Assembly: GCA_965204725.1 (NCBI GenBank)
Contig: OZ242005.1
Location: forward strand, 2,784,001 to 2,848,000
DNA from: Candidatus Latescibacterota bacterium
Lineage (GTDB): Bacteria; Latescibacterota; UBA2968; UBA8231
Reading direction: 5' to 3'
Length of the DNA: 64,000 bases
Shown here: positions 56,971-64,000 of the stretch, in pieces
Numbering within the stretch: position 1 is the stretch's first letter
Layout of the letters: each line of letters opens with the position of its first letter
Program-made: the position numbers and the translations under genes
Notes under the pieces: generated by a model
What the model saw: the letters and a program-made list of their open reading frames with translations, nothing else
What the model was told of the DNA's origin: nothing
Databases searched by the model: none

Positions 56971-57720
56971 ATGACGGCTCTCGATTTCCGCGCCCGCGTC
57001 CCGGTTTTCGACGCCAACATCGGCGTCGGCCATGCCCACGACCGGCCCTCGCCGGTTGCCGATGCGGCCGGCCTGCGGGCGGAGATGCAGCGCCACGGCG
57101 TGGAGCGCGGCTTGATCTACCACCGCCAAGGCGAAGCCATCAGCGCGATTGAGGGCAACGAGGCCCTGCGAGCTTGGCAAGGCGATGGGCTCGTCTGCCA
57201 ATGGGTTGCCGGGCCGAGCGCAGAATCGCTGGCGCAACTGCGGGCGCTCCACGCGGCCGGCGAGGTCCGCAGCGTCCGCCTACACAACACGCAGGCGTGC
57301 CGCGTCCCCTTTGTGGGTTGGATCTACGGCGAGTTGCTCGCTTGGCTGGCGGCTGAGCGCATCCCCCTGTGGGTCTCGCTGGCCGACACCCCGGTTGCCG
57401 AAGTCGCGGAGACCTTGCGTTGCTTCCCGGAGGTACAGGTAGTACTCCTCGGTGCTCACTACGTGCATTCCCTCGCCTTGCGCCCCCTGCTCAGGGCGCT
57501 GCCGCAAGCGGCCATGGAGCTAAGCCGCTTTGAGAATCTGGGCGGTATTGAGGCGCTGATCGGCGAATTTGGCGTGGAACGCTTCCTCTACGGCTCCTAC
57601 TATCCGCGCTACGCCATGGGGCCGATGCTCTTTTACCTGCACCACTTGGCTATTGACAACGCCGCGCTCGCAGCTTTGGCCGCGGGCAATCTAGCGCGCA
57701 TTCTCGGAGAGGTCGCGTGA
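56971..57720 (+). CDS. Amidohydrolase-2-like protein with degenerate metal site
   Basis: TIM-barrel pattern, FGVERFLYGSYYP. DANI replaces DxHxH. Confidence 0.75.
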   Translation: MTALDFRARVPVFDANIGVGHAHDRPSPVADAAGLRAEMQRHGVERGLIYHRQGEAISAIEGNEALRAWQGDGLVCQWVAGPSAESLAQLRALHAAGEVRSVRLHNTQACRVPFVGWIYGELLAWLAAERIPLWVSLADTPVAEVAETLRCFPEVQVVLLGAHYVHSLALRPLLRALPQAAMELSRFENLGGIEALIGEFGVERFLYGSYYPRYAMGPMLFYLHHLAIDNAALAALAAGNLARILGEVA

Positions 57721-58451
57721 TCATCGACTTTCACGGCCACGTAGGCCGCTGGGATGGGCTCGACATGGTCGACGACCCGGTCGAGATGCTCCGCGCCATG
57801 GATGCGGTGGGGATCGACAAAAGCTGCGTCTTCAACATCTTCCATCCCGACGGCAAACCCGGCAACGACCAGACAGCGGCTTTTGTCGCCCGCCATCCCG
57901 ACCGCTTCATTGGCTTCGCGTACGTAGCCCCCACCTGCCCCGACACCGTGCGCCCCGAGTTGGAAAGAGCCATCGACGAGCTCGGGTTCCGGGCGATCAA
58001 AATCTACTCGCCCTACACGCCCTTTCCGCTCGACGACCCGGCTTGGGACCCAATCTACGGCTTTGCCGATGAGCGCGGCCTCGCCATCTTGGCGCACACG
58101 GGCGGCGAGGCAACGGCCGCACCTGCCCAATTTGGCCGCGCGGCCGCGCGCTTTCCCAACGCCCGCTTCGTCGCCGGCCACGCCGGCAACACCGAGCCGT
58201 ATCGCAGCCAAGCTATTGCCGCGGCCGTGCGCTTGCCCAACTACTTCCTCGAAACCTGTTCGACCTTTCGCACCCCGGGCGTCGTCGAAGAGTTGGTGGC
58301 CAAGGCCGGGGCCGACCGCGTTCTCTTTGGCTCGGATACGCCCTTGATGGACCCCCGCCCCCAGCTCGGCAAGATCATCACCGCAGCCATTGACCGCGAC
58401 GCCAAGCGCCTCATCCTCGGGGAGAATGCCCGGCGCCTGCTCGGGCTGTAA
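57717..58451 (+). CDS. Amidohydrolase-2 family protein
   Basis: IIDFHGH, LAHTG, GHAG, RVLFGSD, GENARRLL. Confidence 0.9.
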   Translation: MIIDFHGHVGRWDGLDMVDDPVEMLRAMDAVGIDKSCVFNIFHPDGKPGNDQTAAFVARHPDRFIGFAYVAPTCPDTVRPELERAIDELGFRAIKIYSPYTPFPLDDPAWDPIYGFADERGLAILAHTGGEATAAPAQFGRAAARFPNARFVAGHAGNTEPYRSQAIAAAVRLPNYFLETCSTFRTPGVVEELVAKAGADRVLFGSDTPLMDPRPQLGKIITAAIDRDAKRLILGENARRLLGL

Positions 58452-58463
58452 GCTGTAAGACGC

Positions 58464-58500
58464 AAAAAGCCCGCCTGCCACCGAGGGCAAGCGGGCTTTG
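58464..58500. terminator. Probable bidirectional terminator
   Basis: AAAAAGCCCGC...GCGGGCTTT between convergent genes. Confidence 0.7.
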
Positions 58501-58521
58501 CAAGCGGTGCGGAACCGGGTA

Positions 58522-59451
58522 TTACTGGTACTGATGCTTAATCCGGCCCCAACTCTGCGCTTCGACCGAGGTCGGCTCGCCCCAATCAATGGTGTCGTCC
58601 ATGGGGGAGATGAGCAGGTCCTGCGAAGAGTGACAACAGTTCGTCGGGGTCGTCGCCCACATGCCGACGCGGTTGTCGGCATCGCCGGCACTGTCATCGA
58701 CGTCGCTGACGAAAATCGAAAAGCCGATTATCTCGCCCGCCGTCAGGTCGTGCTCAATGACCTGATCTTCGGTGATGTTCTCCTCGGTCGGCTTGGGATA
58801 CGAATCAATGGCGATGGTGCGGAACTCGTAGATATACGTGCTCTCGCCATACTCCTCGCCCTCAAAGCTATAGGTGCAGTAGTACCAACGGCTGCCGTTG
58901 GACAGCAGCGTCGGGTTTTCGATGTCGGCAGAAGAGACGGCAGCCGTTTGCAGGGCCGGGCCGAAATTGCCGTTGAGCGGCGGGAACGCGAATGAGTACT
59001 TGTGGTGCGTCACCACGTCTTCGGGCTTGGGCAAGTAGTCGTGGCGCGGATTGAACTCGATCTCAATGCTGTCGTCCCACCAGTAGGAGCCTAAGTCTTG
59101 GCGGGTAATGGTGTGTTTGTTGTCGAACACCTTCGTCGTCACGTAGAGTTCATTGCGCGAGTCGTTCCAGCCCAAGATGTGGCGGATCTGCATAGAAGCC
59201 GGATCCATGCCGCCGCGTGGCACGTCGTCGCCAGCAAAGCCATGCACGGAAAAGAGCCTCGAACTGGGAATGGCGTACACATCGAGCGGCACCGCCGCCC
59301 AATCGTCGTCAAATCCGTCGATGACCGGCACATGGGAATCGGGGAACTGCACGGCGAGTTCAAACTCGCCCGGGGGCTCGTGCGCCCCGGCGGCGAGGGC
59401 AAAGGCCAAAAGGGCCATTGCCGTCAGGCTACAGGTGAAAAGACGCTTCAT
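58522..59451 (-). CDS. Secreted CBM9/DOMON-like protein with C-terminal TxVE..SWG.IK motif
   Basis: Signal peptide, PVIDGFDDDW, DDSIEI, IIGFSIFVSDVD, tail PTSVEAQSWGRIK. Confidence 0.75.
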   Translation of the reverse strand: MKRLFTCSLTAMALLAFALAAGAHEPPGEFELAVQFPDSHVPVIDGFDDDWAAVPLDVYAIPSSRLFSVHGFAGDDVPRGGMDPASMQIRHILGWNDSRNELYVTTKVFDNKHTITRQDLGSYWWDDSIEIEFNPRHDYLPKPEDVVTHHKYSFAFPPLNGNFGPALQTAAVSSADIENPTLLSNGSRWYYCTYSFEGEEYGESTYIYEFRTIAIDSYPKPTEENITEDQVIEHDLTAGEIIGFSIFVSDVDDSAGDADNRVGMWATTPTNCCHSSQDLLISPMDDTIDWGEPTSVEAQSWGRIKHQYQ

Positions 59452-59562
59452 AGCTACCTCCTTGGGTAGGTGGACGATGAACGAGGGATTGCAAATGTAG
59501 TCAAACGACCCGCCAAATACAACTATTGCGACTGCCAGCACCCCCCGCTACGGCCGGGATGA

Positions 59563-62250
59563 CTACTGCAAGCCGGCGTATAGCGTGACAAAGGTCTCGG
59601 TCGTGGTTGCGGGCGCGGCCTCCGCAAACGCTTTGCGCTCTACCACAAAGCCGGCCAACGCCGCGATCCGGTAGCCCAAATAGGCCGACTCAGTCTCCAA
59701 CTGCAAGGCCCAACTCAGGGAGTCGAAATTTTCCGCCTCGCGGTTGAAGTCCTTGAACAGCGCGTACTCAACGCCGGCTTGAAGGCGCGTGGCTTGCAAT
59801 AGTTGCGTTTCCAAAAGTAGCGAGAACAGCTCTATCAGCGTCGTGCGATTGTCTTGGTCAAACAGCGACCGGTTCTGCTGACGCCACTCGCTCTTCCAAC
59901 GCGGCGATAGGGTCAGCCCGCGCCAAGTGTGGCGATAGCTGGCCTTGTTGATCAAGCCAAAGAAAAAGTCCGTCGCATCGCGCTGCCGCTGCGCGAAGAA
60001 GACCCCGTGCAGCTTGCTCATCACCAACAGCGCGTCGCTCGTCAGGCTGTGGCCAGCGAACAGCTGGTGGACCCAAGCATCGCGGGCTAGGAGCGGATCG
60101 TCGATGGGGACGAGCTGGCCGCCGCGCAGCGTGTTGTCGGGTTGCCACTGCAAAATTGGATCGGGAATGTCGTCTTGCACCAACTGGCTCATCTCGAAAA
60201 GCCGCACCCGCCCCACCCGCGGCCACGCGCGCTCGTAGCTCAACTGCCAGTACGTGCTGTGGTTTTTGCGATCCGCCGAAATTTGCTCCTCGCGCAAGGC
60301 CCCCACCTTGAGTTGCCAATACCGACTCAGGTCGATGCCCCCATAGACATTGAACCCTTGCTGATCGCGGCGGTAGGGGTAGTCCGGCTCGGTGTCGTTT
60401 TCGTATAGATCGACCCAGAAGTTGTGGTTCATATCCACGCCGAAGAGGAACTCCGGCCGATCGACCAAGAAGCGGAGGAAAGGCTCCTCGTAATCTGGAA
60501 CGGCATTGGCCTTGACCCGGTTGTCGTTTTGGTTGAAGTCGGGCACTAAGTCGTTGTTGAGGTCCCAGCCGGGAAAGACTAAGCGGTCGTTGACCAAAAA
60601 ATCCGCGCGGAATCCATCGGGAAAGCGATCTTGATCGTCGTTGTCTTCCACTAAGTCAAAGCGGTTGCCCTGCCGGGCGTAATCGAGGCCCGAGGCGGTG
60701 GTGACAAAAGACTGGGTGTTGTAGCGCGGGTCAATCGAATACACTTCTCCGAACAGCGACAGCCGCCCCAAGTGCTTGCTCAGGTTCGCCATCCACGCTG
60801 GCGCGCTTTCGCGCCCGCCAATGCCCGCCGAGGAAGTGTGCGTCTCCTCGGCGACGTTGGGATACTTGCGGAAGCTCCAGCTCAGGTCGTATTCGCCATA
60901 TAGGTCAAAGCCGAGCACATTTTCCACCTTGATCGTGGCGCCGGCGACGGTCGTAGCCGTCGGCAGCCCGTAGGCAAAGCGGACCGTGCGCAGATTGGAT
61001 AGGTCCTGCACATTCCCCTCGGCCTGCGCCGTCAGCAAGAAGACCGGATCTTCTACATCCGCGCCGAAGACGTCGCCCAAGCTGATGGAGCGCTCGCCCG
61101 TCCGACTAAACGAGCTCGATGGCCGACCGACTGTTACAAAGCCGCCGCCCTCTCCCAACTGCTGGTCCGAACTCATCCATATCTGGTAGTCGTTGGCCAA
61201 GACGAGGCGAAATTCCACTGCCGAGATCTCGGACTTATCGGCCGAGGCGCGGTTGACAAACGACGGGCTGTCAAAGTCGTAGAGCAGGCTGATTTGCCCG
61301 TCGCCATCGGCGGTGAGAAACCCCTGCCGCTCTAGGCCGCCGCTGATCACCGGACCAAAGCGAATGTCGCGGCCCGACTCCACCGTGCCGTCGCGGTAGG
61401 TGATAATCACGTCCGAGGCGTCTGGGAAGTACGCTGCGCCGCCGCGGCCGTCTCCGGGCGAGTCGTCCCGCAAGGCGATTGCGATCTGGGATACGGTCGC
61501 GTTTTGCTGCTTGTTCAGCCCGCCTTTATACAGCGTTTCTACGAGCTGATCCGACTCGCTGTTGGTCTGATGGGCGTTGACCGCGTGTAGGCCCAACTCC
61601 ACGAAATCCCCGAGCTGGGCCGCAAACCGCCCTCCCACGAGGGAGGTCGCGTCCGTAAAGCGACTCTCTTCCTCCTGCAAGCCGCGCGGCCCGGTAATCA
61701 GCGAGTGGAGAAAGGTCAGTTGGTACTTGTCGGTGGCGAGGTCCATCTGCAAGCCGTTTAGGCGCGGCTTGGAAAACGACAGCGGCGTCAAGGTGGTCCG
61801 CAGGTTGTTGCTCACCGTCAGTGCGTAGTGGTATTGGCCCTTGTGGTCGCCGGCGATGACCAGTTCGTTGAACCACTGCGCGAACCGCTCGGTCTTGAAC
61901 AGGGAGCTACCGGCCTCTTGGGGCCGCGTCTGCGCCGTATTAAAAATGAGCCAGCCCTGAGTCAGGTAATTCCCGTACAGATCGTAGAAGTAATCGCCCT
62001 CCAAGTCGATGTTCACGTAGCGCTGATACGGCAGCCGCGCGCGGTTGGTGTACTCCCACTGCCGCCATGGGTATTCGGCGAACATCACCTGCGGCACGTA
62101 CCAGCGCCGCGTGGCCGGGTCGAGGGCGTCGAGGTACACCTCCGGGCTTCGCGCTACTTCCCGTTGCCATGCCCAGGCCCAGTCGGCAAAAACGAGGCCG
62201 AGCACTGCGACGCCGAGGAAGGTCCAAGGCTGTTTTGTCACGCCGCTCAT
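59563..62250 (-). CDS. Large secreted or outer-membrane hypothetical protein (895 aa)
   Basis: Signal peptide, Asp-rich DxD loops, amphipathic beta-strand-like C-terminus ending FVTLYAGLQ. Confidence 0.75.
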   Translation of the reverse strand: MSGVTKQPWTFLGVAVLGLVFADWAWAWQREVARSPEVYLDALDPATRRWYVPQVMFAEYPWRQWEYTNRARLPYQRYVNIDLEGDYFYDLYGNYLTQGWLIFNTAQTRPQEAGSSLFKTERFAQWFNELVIAGDHKGQYHYALTVSNNLRTTLTPLSFSKPRLNGLQMDLATDKYQLTFLHSLITGPRGLQEEESRFTDATSLVGGRFAAQLGDFVELGLHAVNAHQTNSESDQLVETLYKGGLNKQQNATVSQIAIALRDDSPGDGRGGAAYFPDASDVIITYRDGTVESGRDIRFGPVISGGLERQGFLTADGDGQISLLYDFDSPSFVNRASADKSEISAVEFRLVLANDYQIWMSSDQQLGEGGGFVTVGRPSSSFSRTGERSISLGDVFGADVEDPVFLLTAQAEGNVQDLSNLRTVRFAYGLPTATTVAGATIKVENVLGFDLYGEYDLSWSFRKYPNVAEETHTSSAGIGGRESAPAWMANLSKHLGRLSLFGEVYSIDPRYNTQSFVTTASGLDYARQGNRFDLVEDNDDQDRFPDGFRADFLVNDRLVFPGWDLNNDLVPDFNQNDNRVKANAVPDYEEPFLRFLVDRPEFLFGVDMNHNFWVDLYENDTEPDYPYRRDQQGFNVYGGIDLSRYWQLKVGALREEQISADRKNHSTYWQLSYERAWPRVGRVRLFEMSQLVQDDIPDPILQWQPDNTLRGGQLVPIDDPLLARDAWVHQLFAGHSLTSDALLVMSKLHGVFFAQRQRDATDFFFGLINKASYRHTWRGLTLSPRWKSEWRQQNRSLFDQDNRTTLIELFSLLLETQLLQATRLQAGVEYALFKDFNREAENFDSLSWALQLETESAYLGYRIAALAGFVVERKAFAEAAPATTTETFVTLYAGLQ

Positions 62251-62265
62251 TGTAGCTAAGTCCGT

Positions 62266-62958
62266 CTAAAATTGGTACGAGTAATACAGTGCTATGCCTC
62301 GCTCTTGGGCATAAGCTGCAACATCGGGCGATGAAATCATGTGCGTGACCAAAACGGCAAATACATCCTCGAATAGCGGCTCGAGACGAGTGAGCCGGCC
62401 TTGGATGAAATGGTCGATGTTCTTGGCGGACAACTGGCTCTTGCTTTCGCCAATTACGACCACCGCGCGCCCATCCCTGCGCCCTCGACCGAAGATGTTG
62501 ACCTCAACGGGATACCCTCTGTCGGTTGTGAGGTACGTGCGAATGAGCCGGTCCTCCACCTCAATCCCATGATCGGTCTTGAGGAGTGCCGGCAGAGCGC
62601 GATAGGCTTCGTTTTCGAGGATGTACCCTACGGTATGCGAGAGGCCGCCGAGTTGTTTGCGCGTTTCGTCGTGCGCTTCTGTCAGTTTTTTGAGTGCCTC
62701 TTCGGTCCCCGCTTGGGCGGCCGCCAGTCGGTCGAGCGTGGCTTCGACCCGGTCCATGCGGTTTTCCACGCCTTCCAACCGCTCCTCTGCCCGCGCTTGG
62801 GCGACGGCGAGGGCTTTGACCGCATCCTTGAGGTCCTCCATGTCAACGGAGGTGGCCAAGCCGACGTGGAGCTCACTCAACAGGCCGGTGAGGACGTCGG
62901 CCTGCGCTTGGGTAAACGCCCCGCCTAATCTGCGTTTGACGTCGTCTGTGTTTAACAT
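62266..62958 (-). CDS. Coiled-coil (heptad-repeat) protein with C-terminal PD-(D/E)xK-like domain
   Basis: LAVAQARAEERL / LAAAQAGTEEAL repeats, LGGLSHTVGYILE, EVNIFG...IGESK. Confidence 0.8.
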   Translation of the reverse strand: MLNTDDVKRRLGGAFTQAQADVLTGLLSELHVGLATSVDMEDLKDAVKALAVAQARAEERLEGVENRMDRVEATLDRLAAAQAGTEEALKKLTEAHDETRKQLGGLSHTVGYILENEAYRALPALLKTDHGIEVEDRLIRTYLTTDRGYPVEVNIFGRGRRDGRAVVVIGESKSQLSAKNIDHFIQGRLTRLEPLFEDVFAVLVTHMISSPDVAAYAQERGIALYYSYQF

Positions 62959-63035
62959 GGCTTTTTCCTTGTGACACCGGGTATTCGGCTCTCAGTTATA
63001 CTTACAGGGCCGCTAGTCAATGTCAAGTCTCCAGC

Positions 63036-63998
63036 CTAGTACGCCACGCCTATCGCGCCGTTGGCTACTTCGCGGCCCTTGTCGGTGTCCCAATCGAGTT
63101 GATAGAGGTACAGGCCGGGCGGCACGAGTGCGCCCTCTGCGTCGAGCCCGTTCCAAGTTTGGGCAAAGCTGCCACTGCCGGCGTTCGCCGCGCTTTGGCG
63201 CACTAGGCGGCCGGATAGGTCGTAGATCCGCAAGCGGATCGGCCGCCGGCTTTCCAAATCGCGCAACTCATAAGCAATCGCGACGTGGTCGTTGACGCCG
63301 TCGCCGTTGGGCGTAAAGGTCGCGGGCGTGGCTTGGACGCTGCTGATGAGGCCGCCGCCCATGGGCGTGCGCACCGATACCACATCGCCGCCAAAGCGGA
63401 ACGTCGCGTTGCCCGGGGCGACCTGCTGCTTGAGCTCGGGTTCGGTGCTGTCGTACACCCAGCTTCTGAAGTCCGCGCCAAAGCGCAAGACCTTGGCGTC
63501 GAAGACGACCTCGATCCGCTTCTCGTTGTCGCGCGGCCCCACCAAGCGGTCGAAGCCGACGATCAGGCGGTCGTCTTGAATCTCGGGCGGGAAGCGGTCG
63601 CTGATCTCCGCGCCGTCAATGAGCACGGAATGCACCCGCTCGACCGGGATCTGGGTAAAAATTTCCAGCCGGTCAAAGCCCAAGTCGCGGGCGCGCAAGA
63701 CCGGGCGCACCACATAAGTAAAGGTCGTGGCCGCAAAGCTCTCCGTGGCAATGGGCCAGATCTCCCCAACCACCTCTTGGGCTACCGGGTCCTCGGAAAA
63801 CAGCAGGGACAGGTCGTCGATGCGCGGGGCCGCGTCGGCGCGGGCGAACAGGACGGCCTCTAGCTGGAAGTAGCGCGCCGGACTCGGCGAGAGGACGGGC
63901 GTACCGTCTTGCCACCGGTCGGCCGGCAGTTCGACCTGCCGCAGCCCCGCAGCGAACTCGTAGGGCGCCGACCAAAGGCTCCAATTTTCTAGGTCGTA
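63036..63998 (-). CDS. Partial large secreted protein with C-terminal FlgD-Ig/CHU_C-like domain
   Basis: Frame open to the window edge. FTPNGDGVND, IYDLSGRLVR, WNG, VPPGLYLY. Confidence 0.85.
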   Translation of the reverse strand, partial: YDLENWSLWSAPYEFAAGLRQVELPADRWQDGTPVLSPSPARYFQLEAVLFARADAAPRIDDLSLLFSEDPVAQEVVGEIWPIATESFAATTFTYVVRPVLRARDLGFDRLEIFTQIPVERVHSVLIDGAEISDRFPPEIQDDRLIVGFDRLVGPRDNEKRIEVVFDAKVLRFGADFRSWVYDSTEPELKQQVAPGNATFRFGGDVVSVRTPMGGGLISSVQATPATFTPNGDGVNDHVAIAYELRDLESRRPIRLRIYDLSGRLVRQSAANAGSGSFAQTWNGLDAEGALVPPGLYLYQLDWDTDKGREVANGAIGVAY

Positions 63999-64000
63999 GC

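Overview
GC-rich (roughly 60-65% by eye) bacterial chromosomal window. The gene content is typical of marine or sponge-associated Candidatus Latescibacterota/Poribacteria-like genomes (inference): FG-GAP/FlgD-tail secreted proteins, a CRTAC1/ASPIC protein, a C-terminal 'SWGRIK' motif, many Uma2, PhyH, Gfo/Idh/MocA and amidohydrolase genes. It holds about 55 housekeeping or catabolic genes, including argC, tatD, dut, a xanthine-dehydrogenase-family trio, ssb, serC, glcDF, pepA, an M32 carboxypeptidase and glgP. Several AT-richer inserts interrupt them: a Panacea antitoxin plus membrane-protein pair, a proteasome-beta-fold protein plus a small ORF, a Fic gene, and a HEPN-ankyrin plus methyltransferase-HNH island. 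The ORF track misses two probable selenoprotein genes with an in-frame UGA and a SECIS-like hairpin: a DUF5069-like protein coupled to an FNR-type reductase, and an ArsC/glutaredoxin-like UxxC protein. It also misses a modular MITE family with shared TATAGCAATCCTA ends and two different REP-like cores, some of which supply ribosome-binding sites or stop codons to neighbouring genes. A candidate SOS-like operator lies in the ssb promoter. No rRNA, tRNA or CRISPR array was seen. All family calls come from motif recognition by eye, not database searches.
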